DNA from: the human T2T-CHM13v2.0 reference genome, Homo sapiens | NCBI RefSeq assembly: GCF_009914755.1 | Contig: NC_060927.1 | DNA: 64,000 nt | Strand: one strand, 5' to 3' | Part shown: positions 15,648 through 29,849 of the stretch, piece after piece | Numbering within the stretch: the first letter of the stretch is position 1 | Layout of the letters: each line of letters opens with the position of its first letter | Made by a program: the position numbers and the translations under genes | Notes under the pieces: model-generated | What the model was told of the DNA's origin: nothing | The model's input: the letters and a program-made list of their open reading frames with translations, nothing else | Databases searched by the model: none

Positions 15648-17296
15648 AAAGGAATTTAGGAGGTGGTCAAAATATAAGAGTTAGTCTTTGCCATTAAAAA
15701 ACAAAGCAAAACACTCATTTCTAACCTCTTTCTGATACACTATTAGAAAATGTTCTCATATGAAATTTTTAGGCTGTGAAGGCATACTTCATAATTAAAT
15801 GAAACTCATTTATCACATATCTTCATACATCTCTATGGTTATATTCTACATATGTTAATGCTATGAAGTTTGGAGTATAATATTAGGACTGGCCTTGAGA
15901 GTTGATAAAGGTTAAGTTTTACCTTTACTAATATGTCTCTCTTATGTTGATTAGCCTATTTTTAGAAAATAAAGCCTTCTGCCCAATTCCTTGTCGGCAT
16001 CTGCTGGTATGCTGGGGTAGAGAAATGTGGGTTTCAGCCCTAGTTCTGTGTTAACTAATGTTATGTACCGGAGCAGGTCATGTAGTACATCTCAGCTTCC
16101 TTCTTATCTAAGATGATTGCACCCAATATTCTCCAAGGTACCATAGAGCTCTGTGCACCAAAGCTTTCTGTCTGGAAAGAAAACAGTCACAGTATGGACC
16201 TGTTACTAACTTATTCTTATGCATGCTGACAACAATAATAGAATAGATTTTATATGAAGAATAATACCATCTGTGCCCATGTTTTAGATTCTTTACCTTT
16301 CTGTTTCAGTTATAACTTAGGAAAGGGACTTTAGAGTCATTGTCAGTTATCCTTGGGAGATTTTTGGCTGGCATTTCTTGGCTGGCTTGGTTACAGTTGA
16401 ACATTGTATTGTATCAGAAGGATCTTTGTACTTTGTTTGGAATCTTTATGATGTTTAAAGCATGATGCAGCTATGTGGAAGTACTGCTGATAGTTCTGGT
16501 TTTCCTTCATTGGGAAGAAGTTTCATAAGATGGAAAAATTAAAATGATTAACAATATGAAATAATTGTATATGAAGTTCTACTGAATATTTTCTATCTCT
16601 TGGTCAATGAAAAAGAAAATTGGGAAAGAATTGAAAACAGAATCTAATGTCAGTATAGCGTGATATCATGGATAAGGTAGATAGACTTGTTCCTTTTCAA
16701 CAATTCTAGAATCCTGAACTAGGGAGTGTTTTCAGTCCACGTTACGTTATCCTCATGTTTATGAAAAGTTAATTTAAAGTACTTTTGAACCCGCTTTAAG
16801 TCCTTAACTTCACTTACATTTTTAGGATGGTTGATTCATAGGAGATAACTGTTGTTGGTATCTGAGGCTATTTTATAAGAATGTGATATTGATCTTTAGC
16901 CATTTTTGCAGTGTCAACCTAGACATACATGGAACCATTGGATTTTTCTGAGTGGCCAGTGATCTACATCATCTGCCAGAGTGTAACTTAAATAACAAAT
17001 GCCCTTTTTTCTTTTTCTCAAGAAACACACAGTTCTGTACTCTATATATCTTTTATTATTCACATTTAGATATATTAAAAATAAAGCCCTCTTTCTACCA
17101 TACACCTCTTAGATCCTACTGAATCTCAAAAGTTTACACAGAATAAGAGCATGATACGATCTATTTAGCACTAATCTTTAACGTGAAGGTTTTTGAAGGT
17201 GGTTCATTCTACCTTTATTTTATAAATCATGTTAGCTCTTTATAGTCTTAGGGTGATTTTACCAAATGAACTTAAATATATTCTTTCCCCCAACAG

Positions 17297-17451
17297 GGTT
17301 AATCATCTCATTTTAGTGGAGCCTTGGGGTTTCCCTGAACGACCAGACCTTGCTGATCAAGACAGACCAATTCCAGTTTGGATCAGAGCCTTGGGAGCAG
17401 CATTGACTCCCTTTAACCCTTTAGCTGGCCTAAGGATTGCAGGACCCTTTG
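17297..17451 (+). CDS. ABHD5: ABHD5 exon 4, 155 bp
   Basis: caacag|GGTT acceptor, TTTG|gtgagt donor; [51 protein letters not shown]. Confidence 0.99.
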
Positions 17452-18623
17452 GTGAGTGCTTATGTTCTAGGAAAGCAAAATGTTTGTAAGTTATGAGAAG
17501 AGCAGAATTCACTATTGTTAGTCAAAATCTTAAAAACAAACAAGAAAACCCTGAACCCTTACTTTTTCTCCTCTTCCTCTAATAAGTACCATGTCTTGCA
17601 CAAAGACGAATGCAACTAGGTTCTTCTCCTCAAAGGAGAGTCTTTATATTGTAAACATTGTGAATAATTAGCAAAGCAGAAAAGGAGGGAATGCTGAGGA
17701 TAAGGTTAGTCAGTCCTCAACACTCTAAAAAAAGCCAGGCAAGCAGAGTGTTTTGGGGAGTATATAAGGACCTCTGCTAGTCCAGGGCCTGGGAGAAGTG
17801 TAGCATGTTGCCCTGCTGGTGAGCACTGGAGAGCGTTTGGCCAATTGATGATACCATTTGGTACCATAAAACCTGATTTGATTGACCCTGGGGATAACAG
17901 GTACCACCACACTCACAGATTCTTCCCTTATCCATGTCAGAGTGTTGGAAAGATAAAGTTATTTTTTCCACAACATTTTGGGGACTCCTGATATATATTT
18001 CTGGTCATATTTTGAGGCACCAGTGTTTAGTCCCTGATTGACTTTTATTTGACTCTCAGCAGTTCTGTCTCAGCCCCATAGCCATGGGAATTTCCTTCCC
18101 TCATTGTCACAGATAATGATGTTCTGAACTTCTGCCTTTCCCCCGTACAACTTGTATGAATTTGGAGTACTTTTAGTTGTAAGTAACTGAATACCCAAGA
18201 GGCTTAAACTAGAAGGACTTTTATTATTTCCTTAATAAGCAATCTGGAGATAGGTTTTAGCACTTGTTCTGGTTGCTTGCTCATTGATGTTAGGGTTTGG
18301 GTCTGTGTCTGTGATTTTCTTGACTTTTTTCCTCACGGTGGTTTGATGCCTGCCATAGCATTAAGCATCATCTCACAAATCAGCGCCCTGAGCAAAAAGA
18401 AATAAAAGCACGAAAAATGGTCCTTCTCTCCATAATGCTTTGTCAGGGAAGAAAGTCCTCTCTGGAAGGCTCCACCTGACCTCTGCTTATGACTCGGCCC
18501 ACTCCTAGTCCTTCCACCAGCAAAGAAGAAATTTCTGTGATGCACCAATCATGATTTGTTTCCAGGGCCTGCTTTCCTGGGCATGTTGCTGCCTAATTGA
18601 TACTATAGAAAAGATGCGTTCTA

Positions 18624-18948
18624 ACCAGGTGCTGTGGCTCACACCTGTAATACCAGCACTTTGGGAGGCTGAGGTAGGCAGATCACTTGAGGCCAGGCTT
18701 TGAGACAAGCCCGGCCAACATGACAAAACCCCATCTCTACTAAAAATACAAAAAAATTAGCCAGGCATAGTGGCACACACCTGTAATCCCAGCTACTCAG
18801 GAGAGGAGGCTGAGACATGAGAATTACTCAAACCTGGGAGGTGGAGGTTGTGGCGAGCCAAGATCGCACCACTATTCTCCAGCCTGGGCAACAGTGCAAG
18901 ACCCTGTCTCAAAAAAAAAAAAAAAAAAAAGGAAAAGAAAAGAAAAAA
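18624..18948 (+). mobile_element. AluS, intron 4
   Basis: Full-length; TSD GAAAAGATG(C/G)GTTCT 18608 / 18949. Confidence 0.95.
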
Positions 18949-19624
18949 GAAAAGATGGGTTCTGTTAGTGAGAAAAGAGAAGAGGCATGGGGGTGTGGAG
19001 GAGGTTGTGGGATTAACTGTCATGCAGGTGACTGTAAATGCTGTTCCCTTCTGCCCAACCCTGACCCCTCCTGCCCTAGTGCCTTCTGTTTGGATTGGGA
19101 GAGCAGTGGGACTGCAGGACTTAGAGGAGGATATGGGGGTTGAATTGGTGACCACACTTTATTGCTTCAGTGCTCACAGATGGCACATTTTGCCCACCTG
19201 CAGTCTTTCAGCCCTCCCCAGTAGAGCCACTCCTTACTATGCCTGGTCCTTCTCTGGTAAACTACTTAAGAGCTTCATTTAGTCTTTATAGTCCTGAAAT
19301 ATAAATAGATTTTACTAGAACACAGGTACAAAAATAACAATTATGGGAAAAGTAAAGTATGAAGAGAAATTAGGAGACAGTGATGGGCAAGGGAGGACAC
19401 CTAGGAGAGGCTCTTTAATGCCATGCCCTCAGCCTGCCATTATTGCTTGCACTTGGGGGTGGGGAGGTGATGTAGAATCAATTGCATGACAGAATTTCTT
19501 GGTGGAGCTGTATAATTCATCAGAGATGGGAAGAGAGGGCCAGTAGAGAAGTAAAGCCTTGCTGGAGTCATGGGGTAGTGGTAGCAGAAAGGGAGACCAG
19601 TCAGTCTCTGGGGCCTCAGAATAG

Positions 19625-20020
<396 letters not shown>

Positions 20021-20530
20021 GTCCTCGGCTTTTTCTAGAGTGGGGCTGTGGGCGCCACCAGGGATAACCTTAGCAGGGAGTCTCGCTAGTGTCCCAAGAA
20101 GAAGCTGAATTTATTTTCACACAGAAATAATTATGTATACCAGTTTACTTCATTTAGAAGTTAATGTGTTATAATTATGGAAGAAATACAAGTTATTACA
20201 TTAATTTTTACGTACGAGCTACTCGCCACGTTTAAAGAATTTATTTACCTACAAAAGTGCCTTCTAACTTACATGTTTTTGAGGCCCTAAAGTACATCTG
20301 CAAGTCAAAATACAATACTCTTTACTTCTTATATTAATATTTCCTTGGGGAACTTTAGGAGGACAGCTATCAGAATGTGTGCTTTTTCCCACCTACAATA
20401 TATATTTGAATACATATATATATGTGTGCATATAACACTCATTACACAGACAAGCACTAAAACTTTCTATATTATTTAGTTGATAAGTTAACTATAATTT
20501 AAAACATGCATTTTTTAAATTTCCTGTTAA

Positions 20531-20647
<117 letters not shown>

Positions 20648-20669
20648 TGAGGGTTAGGATTCTCAATTC

Positions 20670-20673
<4 letters not shown>

Positions 20674-20711
<38 letters not shown>

Positions 20712-20717
20712 TGTGTG
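20674..20717 (+). repeat. (TG)17 TT (TG)4 microsatellite at the start of intron 5
   Basis: Read directly; begins at +28 of the intron. Confidence 0.95.
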
Positions 20718-20724
20718 TTTTAGA

Positions 20725-21050
20725 CTATTTTTTTTAAAACTATTTATTTATTTATTTATTCATTCAATACGGGGTTTCGCTCTTGTCACCCAGGCTGGAG
20801 GGCAATGGTGCGATCTTGGCTCACCACAACCTCCGCGTCCTGGGTTCAAGCAATTCTCCTGCTTCAGCCTCCTGAGTAGCTGGGATTACAGGCATGTGCC
20901 ACCACGCCCGGCTAATTATTTTGTATTTTTAGTAGAGACGGGGTTTCTCCATGTTGGTCAGGCTGGTCTTGAACTTCTGACCCCAGGTCATCTGCCCGCC
21001 TCTGCCTCCCAAAATGTTGGGATTACAGGTGTGAGCCACCGTGCCCGGCC
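20725..21050 (-). mobile_element. AluSp/Sq-like, intron 5
   Basis: Full-length; GGTTTCTCCATGTTGGTC diagnostic. Confidence 0.9.
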
Positions 21051-21809
21051 TTTGTTTAAAATATATCAGTGGTCCAGAAGATTTGTATCAGTAGTTAAAT
21101 GACTGAATTTAAAAGGACAAGTGTCTAATACATTTTATTTTACTCATCTATTCTTAGAGTACCCACTGTATAAAACATTGTGCTGAGTTCTGATGGGGGA
21201 TTAAGAAGTAACATGTTCACTCTTCCCTCAAAGTTCTCATGAACATGTTGAGAAAGTCTTGGTCTTGGGCATCTCCAAGAGATGGTTTGAGTTGAGAGTT
21301 GAAGAATTTCACATAAAGAAGTATTTCCCAAACTGAGTATGAATGTTTCAAAAAAAGAAAAAAGGGTGCTGGATTAAACAAAAGTAAATGATTGTCTATA
21401 CTATGAATCCTCTTAGAACCTTTACTATACCGAAGGGTATTGAATCTCCCAAGTGAATGGGAGATGCTATGTGTATTTTTCAAGTTCATTTGATGATTGT
21501 ACTCCTGAACAACTCTAAAGATCTGTAGGTCAGCATTAGAAATGCAGCTGCAGAGGGTGAGGAGTAAGTGAGGGATTCTGCATGTATTTTGACAGTGATT
21601 AGAAGGAGAGAGAGAGAATGGGGCATAGTAGCAGAGGGAGCAAGAGGGCCAAATGTATGTTTTAAAAATATGACTTATGGATGTTGGGTGAAAAGTACCA
21701 GTGGAGAAAACAGAGCCTGAAGATAGTGGGGGGCTAGGAGGAGGCCGAATGATAAGGCCCTAGAGTTTCTAGGAAGAGCATCAAGAATAGAGTGCAAAGA
21801 TGAGAGCTG

Positions 21810-21970
21810 CAGTTCTCATGCTATGTTGTGTACTGGAATTATTGGGGGTGCTTGTTGAAATGTGACTCCTGAGGTTTGTTTCTAAGACTAATATTAGCAT
21901 TTCTGGGCTGCATCTCTAACAAATACTCTGGTGATTCTGTATAGGTGAACTATGGAGCACACTTTAAGAC
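21810..21970. mobile_element. MER5-type hAT MITE
   Basis: CAGTTCTCA...TGCTTGTTGAAATG...TCTAACAAATACTC...CACACTTTAAGA. Confidence 0.6.
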
Positions 21971-22479
21971 AGAGAAGTGGTATCTCATCCTTTCTAAGAC
22001 TGAGGTTTGGATGAAAGGCTAAGAGGCGAGATGCAGAGACAGCCTCCCTCTCTTTTATTTCCTCCCTCACTTTTGGCAGAAAATATGTACACCTACTTTA
22101 TTAAAAAGATTGAGGCCATGGTAGCTATTTATAGGTAGCTGTAGCCTCAGTCTTTTTAATAAAGTAGGTTAGAGGTTCTCTGCCAAGAGTGAGGGAGGCT
22201 AGAGGTTCAAGGTCTTCAAGAGATTGAGGTTTTGTGAATTGCTAGGCAGTCAGGTTTGGTGGATTAGGTCTACACACTTCCAACAGTTTTTTTTAGGGGT
22301 CTTCCCCGGGAACATCATTCATTTTCCTGCATGGCGTAAGTTTTACTCTTCACGTACTCTTATTTCATGATTACATGTGTTCGTGTAGTCCTAGTTTGTT
22401 ACTTTGATTGTAGTGAGACTTGAATTCTTCATAAAAGGCAAGTTAGAATGATGTCTGGTTTTGTAAGAATAGCAGAAGG

Positions 22480-22821
<342 letters not shown>

Positions 22822-23256
22822 CTATCCTGAGAGCTTGCAAGAATATATTGTCTGAGTTTCTTCTTAACTTGGTAATGGTTTTAGCATTGCAGGTGAAACG
22901 CTGGTGCCATGAACCTGGGGATAAGCTACCTTCTACATCAGTTTAAATAAGGACAAAAAAACATATTTTTAACTATCTCCACAATAAATAATTTAATGAT
23001 AGAAAATTAGGGTTGTACATTTTGGTTTACAAGAAAACTTTTTTAAAAATCAGCTGGAGTATACAACAGCCTTGCTTATCTAACAGTGATCTGTGAGATT
23101 TGTTCCTTACACTGTCTCATAAATTATTTTCTATTTAAGCTGAGGTTTTTCTTAGGTGCTGGAAAAGCTAAATATGAATGTGTTTTGATAGAAGTGACAG
23201 TGCAATGCATACTCATTCCCAAAAATCATACATCGTGATTTTCTCCTTGCCGTTAA

Positions 23257-23472
<216 letters not shown>

Positions 23473-24012
23473 TAGGTATAGGTGAGGTCCGTTTTATTAT
23501 CTCCCTTAAAAGAGGTTTTAGGTCATCCTCGTGTTGCAGGTCATCTGAGCCATACCTGCAGCCTCAGTCGGGGACGTGATACCACCTGTGATGGGTGCAG
23601 GGTTTGGCCTGCACACATCTTCATGTCCAAACCGTGAACTACCTTTCTGAATGACTTTTCCTGTCCCTAGAGCCACAGCATTAGGAGAGATGGACAGAGG
23701 GATTGGTCCAGTAGCACTTCAAGTAATTCCCACCTCACAAGGCAGCACACTCTCACTTTTTTCAGTTTCTCTGTTGGCACTTTTATTAGTGGTCAATTTA
23801 GTGTTTTTTGCATATTAAAATTTTATTGAGATTCAGTAGATTTTTCTATTCTCAGATCCTTTTAATGGATATACTTAATAGTTACTATAGATTATTGTTA
23901 TTTTTTAATCACGTGTTTTATTTAAATACAGTGGCTCTCACTTTTATTACTAAGTGTCTTTGCTTATATATCATTCTGTTTTATTAAATGCTTTTACTCA
24001 CTAACTGTCTGA

Positions 24013-24120
<108 letters not shown>

Positions 24121-24363
24121 ACACACTGAAGCTCTGATGGGAAAACCTGGTGACTGATATAGTTGTTCAGCAATAATTCATAGTCTGTGATGAAGAGTAG
24201 TGAATACAACACACAACCAGGCAGCCTTCTTGACTATACTTTGCACATGTTTTCTTTAGGAATTCACTCACACATTTAAACCAGTTAGTGCCTTCTAGAA
24301 GAATGGCTTTCCTTTCTCCTACACAAAATTGAAATATACAAGTCTCTAAATATAATACCTTTA

Positions 24364-24369
24364 AATAAA
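24364..24369 (+). terminator. Candidate proximal poly(A) signal AATAAA
   Basis: First canonical hexamer after the stop, with T-rich sequence downstream. Confidence 0.55.
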
Positions 24370-26618
24370 AGGTTATTTGTCCCTCTGATGTACTGAAAAA
24401 CTGTAATTTTTCAGCTGAAAATTTTTTAATCTAACTTTGCTAGTTATTTTTATATTGCAATCTATATTACCAATTTAGGAAGTGATTTCTGAGTCTCTTA
24501 CACTGTAAAGGTGCACTTTATTTTCTTTGTCTTCCCCATCATGTATTTATTGTGTCTTGATAACTGATATTAATCTAAATTCAATGTGTTTTTATGTAAA
24601 AATTTGTCAGTTGTTTAGAATATTTCACTTTGTTTTTGAAACGGAGTGACAAGGCAGATTTTTGGTTAGAGGACGGGAGTTGATCACTATCATTACTTTT
24701 TCTAGTTTACCTGTTTTTTATATTTAAGGCTGCTAAGCCATGTTCAGCATTTTAAATGTGGTCTATCCTGACATACAGTGTATAACAACATAACTCCTTG
24801 GAACCTCCTATGTGTGGTATAATTCTACTCTTCCAAGGAACATGACTTCAATACTTTCAGTGATTCAGGTACTGAAAAGCCTTACCTAAAAGGCTGTTCT
24901 TTGTTTCCCCCTTTCATACTATTCTTTTCCATGACCCAGGATGCAGCAAATGAAACAGATTTCTTCTCTTAAGGGGATATTAAGACTGTTACTTCCTAGT
25001 AAGCCAAGTAATACCATATTTTTATTAACATCTAACTTTTGTAGATGGGTGCTAAAATTGCATACATTTTAACCACTAAAATAGAAAAACAAGTGGTGCT
25101 ATTATGTCTCATGGCACCAGAAATGAGCTAGCACTTGGGTTTGTTGTTGCTGTTGTTTATTAAGAGTATTGTGTTAATTAAATCATTACATACTTGAAGT
25201 TATATTACAAAAATTCTAGAAGGTTGATTGAACTATTTTTTTAGGAACTACCATCAAGTGTAGCATTTTCTTGCAGTTTTAAAATGAGGAAAACTTCTTT
25301 GAAACTGTGAAATGCTCCATGTGGTAACTGGCTGCTGAGAAAACCCTTCACCAAAAAAATAAATAAAAATTGAATAGGATTGTCATCAAGAAGGCATCTT
25401 TCGCTAACGTTGCTTGTCTAGGAGAAAGGTAGCTATGTAAATAAAAACAGTGAACTAGAGCAAATAGTGGTTTAATGGTTTTGTTATTGCATTTTTAAAA
25501 TGGTTAATTAGGGAATTTGTAGTTGTTAGGAAATGTGAGGTTGTGTCACTGTTGATTAACTGCCAGAAAGACTGAATGTTCTATTTTCAACATTTCTCCC
25601 CTATAAAAGAATAGACAAATTATACTGAAGCATGATATAAACATCTTCCCAATGAACAATTTGTCTCACTTGTCAGATTAACTAGGTTAGTGCAGGAAGC
25701 AACATGAGCGCCAAGATGTGTTGTCTGATTTCTCTACCTTAAGAACAATAATAGTCTTTTTAGTTAGTATTTTGGATGGCCAGGTTTCAAACCTGTATGT
25801 GGTACAAATAATTTGGGTAATATTTTTGTATTTTTGTTTTACACACTCTCTAATCTCAATTATCCTTTGCTGGGAGAATGACAGGTTTCACTTATACAGG
25901 AAGGTTTTTGCACAGGAAATTTGGTCCCAGCCCTTGGAAGGAAGAAGTTCCTTCGTTTACTTAGTGAATGGAGTTTCTGGCCGCAGATGTGCCAAGTGAT
26001 TGAAGAAAGATATACCCCAATATCAAGTGATAATTTATTTTCCTACAGACTGAATTTGCTTTATTTGAAAGATGTTGTAACTCTTTTTAAAGTTAGATTT
26101 TACCCTGAGGTATAGTATATGTAATTTTGTGAAGATTGAGCTGGAAGGGAAGTTCACAATCCTCACATTTAAAAAAATATAGTGGGTGCTAAATGTTTTC
26201 TTAAAAATCTAGTACAGCATTTGATCTTTGTTATGCACAGCATACTTTTATTTTACAGAATAAATTTTCCTGTGATAGTCACAACAAGACAGCTGTATAG
26301 TTTCTTGAGTCTTTTGTATGGACCAGTCTCTGTATAATAGTTAACTACAGGACTGTGGATCCAGCAAATGTTCAGTAAATGCTGCTGTTGTTCTTAGGGA
26401 AGGCTACTCTGGGTGTTGTGGCCGCCATACATGGCTTTACCTGGGTCCATGCATTCCCTTAAGATGACTTCTGTTTTCTTCTTTTTTCTTCTGATTTTCC
26501 AAAAAAAAAAAAGCCTTGCCTAAGGTTGGTTTTAGAATATGATTTGCAGAACACTTTTGAAATGTCTTCATTCATATATGTAATATATATTTATACTTAA
26601 AGGGCCATACGCGATTTC

Positions 26619-26624
26619 AATAAA
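26619..26624 (+). terminator. Candidate poly(A) signal at the end of the non-repeat UTR
   Basis: AATAAA preceded by TGTA/AT-rich tract, immediately before L1-derived sequence begins. Confidence 0.5.
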
Positions 26625-27033
26625 ACAAGAAGTACTGGAAAGAATAAACAAAAATAGCCAGAAGATGCCTAGAAAAGAACAATGTGGAAGGAGGGATAAC
26701 CCTATTAAATATTATAACATAATGTTTACAATATGAGAAAGTCTAGGAATTTAGTACATGATAAAGCATCTCATTCAGAGAAAAAGGCTTTAAAAATGGT
26801 GTTGAGAGAAGTGTGGTTAACCATTTGGAAAAAAAAATAAAATTGAATCGATTTCTCACAGGATACACAGGATAAAATCTGAATAGAACAAAGACCCAAT
26901 TTTTAAAATGAAACCCTCTTTCTAACTAGAAGAAAACATAGATGAATTATTGTATAATCTGACAGTGAGAAAAACTTTCCTAGGACTGAAAATTCAGAAG
27001 CAATAAAAAGAGAAGTCTATAGAAGAATTTTCA

Positions 27034-27290
27034 GCCAGATGGAATGGCTCATGGCTGTAATCCCAGCATTTTGGGAGGCTGAGGCAGAAGGACTGCTTGA
27101 GACCAGGAATTCAAAACCAACCTGGGCAACCTAGTAGGACTGGCTCTACCAAAAAAAAAAAAAAAAAAAAATTAAGTACCTGGCCTGGGTTCCACCTACT
27201 TGGGAGGCTGAGGTAGGAGGACTGTGAGCCCAGGAGTTTGAGGATGCAGTAAGCCACTGCACTCCAGCCTGGGTGACAGAGAAGAAAAAA
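27034..27290 (+). mobile_element. AluJ within the long 3' UTR, with an expanded A21 linker
   Basis: TGTAATCCCAGCATTTTGGGAGGCTGAGG...CACTCCAGCCTGGGTGACAGAG; A-run 27151-27171. Confidence 0.9.
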
Positions 27291-28295
27291 GATTTTTTTG
27301 GATAGCTGAAAATATTTGCAGCATTTATCACAGAGGGCTAATTGTAGCCCTATATATGAAGAATTTTAAACTATGAGAAGAACCCGAAGAATAGGCAAAA
27401 GGATGTGAACAGACAGTTAACAGAAAATAGAATGCAAATGGTCTTTAAACATACAAGGATATGCATAAAAAGACAAATGCAAAATAAAATAAAATAATGG
27501 AAATACCTTTCTTACCTGTGAGATTGGGGAAAATCCAAGTTAGGCAATGCACTCTGTTGAGACAATAGGGAAACAGGCACTCCAAAAATTACAAATCCCT
27601 GTGGATGGTATTTGTTAACTAGCAAAGTTAAATGAGTATATCCTTCAACCTGGCAGACCCAGTTCTAAGAATCCATATGAGATGCACTTGCAAGAATATG
27701 AAATAGTATATGCACAAAGATCTTGATTACAGCACTGTTTCTAATAGCTACAGACTGGAAGCCAGCCAAATCTCCATTGATAGGGAATTGATGGAAGGAA
27801 CTAGGGTATATCTATACAATGGGATACTACACAGCTGTAGAAAGGACTGCGAACTATTTTTGTAGTTCTGGTCTGGAGAAATCTCCAGAATATAGGAAAT
27901 GAAAAATGTAAAGCACAGAAGAGAATGTATGGTGTGCTGTCTGTTGTATAACGAAGAGACAAATGGAAAAAATATGTATTTGCTTTTTTTGTAAAGCAAT
28001 AGAAGAATTAGTTATACCAATAACTAATAAAATGATCTCCTTGTTAGTGGTGGTAGGGAGCTAGACAAGGATGGCAACTATTTCTGTATCTTACATACCT
28101 TTTATTTTGAGGCCCTGTCAATGTTTTATATAATAAACATTTTTTGAAAAGGCAACTCTTAAAACTAAAACAAACTTAACAGTCTGTCAAGTTGGTGATA
28201 TAACCCCACAGAAGACTTACTTCAAGTGACTTGAAAACTTAGTATTTTGTCTGTACTTTGCTAATGGAATATATCCTACAGACCAAACAACCACA

Positions 28296-28301
28296 AATAA
28301 A
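28296..28301 (+). terminator. Candidate distal poly(A) signal inside L1MC sequence
   Basis: AATAAA followed by CA at 28312/28316 and GTAGTTTTATTTTT. Confidence 0.55.
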
Positions 28302-29849
28302 TCTTAAACTGCATTCAGTAGTTTTATTTTTAGCAATGATATTGGTAGTGTCATTTGGGTATTTATGTGTGTTAAAACAAATATTTACTTGTGTCATTGG
28401 AATCAAGAGCCAAGATTTTCAGCAGAGGAGAAAAGAGACACAAGAATATAATAAAGAATCGTATGATTTATTTTTATTTCTGAAAAATACGTATTGCATA
28501 GCTTTGTTCACTGAAAAGGCCTAGAAATAATCACAGCTCAATAGTAAGGCCAGCCCTCGTACCCAGACTGTCCCACTAAATGGGGGCAGGCAAAGGACAA
28601 GATGAGTCTGGAATATTTTGTGTCAGAAAGCAAGGCAGCAAACAGAGTAAGGTCATGTCAAAAGGACCCAGGAGCTAACTTGAAGGGGTTTCCATTGGCC
28701 AAAGATGGGTTAAATGTGAGCATCAGAAAGAATAATGTGTTGAAACATGAAATATATAAAACGGCCATGAGATCATAATGCTATTTTAAAAACTCATTGG
28801 TCACTTTTGGAGGTTACTAGGGCACCAATTCAATATTTTGAAAATTGTTCATGGGAAAAATGAATCATTTATCCCAACTTCTTTGTGTATCAAGTTACCC
28901 TGATAAGGGAAAGTTCTTCATGTAAGAATCATAGGTAAATATGAGAGGAATAAGATTAGGAAATCGCCATTTTGCCACCTCTAATGAAGGAACAGATCCA
29001 GCTGCTAAAAGCATGAAATGAAAAGTTGATGAGAAGCATTTATTTGGTGGCTTAGGTTCATAAAATCTGAACCTGATGTTCAATCTTAGTATTACTGAAA
29101 AAGGAACAATGAGACATGCTTCTGTTGTGTTGCAATAGCAACAACCCAACACACCATGTTGAATTATGATGAATTACTGCCTAAGACAAATGAAATTGAG
29201 CCTGAATCTAATCAAGCCTCTACATCTAATAAGTAAAAACACACAGGAGATTGAAAAGCACGTTAATATGCTAAATCTAGAATGTGGGAAATTCCATAGG
29301 ACAGAAATTCCAGTTTCTTCAACAAATTGAAGCTGCAAAATAAAAGTGTTAATAGGACTTTAAGACTTAGAGAAACTTAAAGGACCTTGTTTGGATCTTT
29401 ATTTGAACAAAACAAAAAGACATTTTTGAAGCAATTAGAAAAGAGTTTATAATGGACTGGGTATCAGATGATATTAAGGAGTTATTTTATTGAGTGAAAT
29501 AATAGTATAGTGACTTTTTTAAAAGCCCTTACCTTTAGGAGTACATAGTGTAGTATTCATGGTTGAGATTTTAACTAGGATTTACCTGGAATTACTCCAG
29601 GAGAAAAAGTCAGTTGTCAGAAAATAGATAAAATGAGCAGAGTGTTATGTTGAAGCTGGGTGACAGACACACAGGGGCTTATGTACGGTCTATGCTATTT
29701 CTTCTACTTGTATGCATGTTTAGAATTTCCATAGTAGAACTTTAAAGAATAAAAAATAGGAAAAGAGATTGGATAATGCCAGTATGGATAACTCTTTCTA
29801 GGCATAAAGAAAGCAGAAAGTGGGTAATAGCTGGAGGGAACCCTTGTGA

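Larger units (their letters stand above)
24121..28320 (+). other. ABHD5: ABHD5 3' UTR (long form; end approximate)
   Basis: AU-rich unique sequence after the stop to ~26640, then L1/Alu-derived; AATAAA at 24364, 25358/25362, 25440, 26259, 26619 and 28296. The end near 28320 rests on the 28296 signal with a U/GU-rich downstream tract and my recollection of a ~4 kb UTR. Confidence 0.7.
26640..29760 (+). mobile_element. Old L1 (L1MC-like) ORF2 end plus 3' UTR, interrupted by an Alu
   Basis: Degenerate ORF2 landmarks (CCATTTGGAAAAAAAAATAAAATTG, ATGTGAACAGACAGTT, GAAACAGGCACTC) and L1MC 3'-UTR motif CATGTCAAAAGGACCCAGGAGC...TTGAAGGGG...CCATTGGCCAAA; A-rich end at ~29750. Confidence 0.75.

Noticed and set aside
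20209-20232. Four CpGs in 20 bp with an ACGTG (HRE-like, minus strand) in AT-rich intron 4
   Set aside because: Too short to distinguish from chance; not a CpG island.
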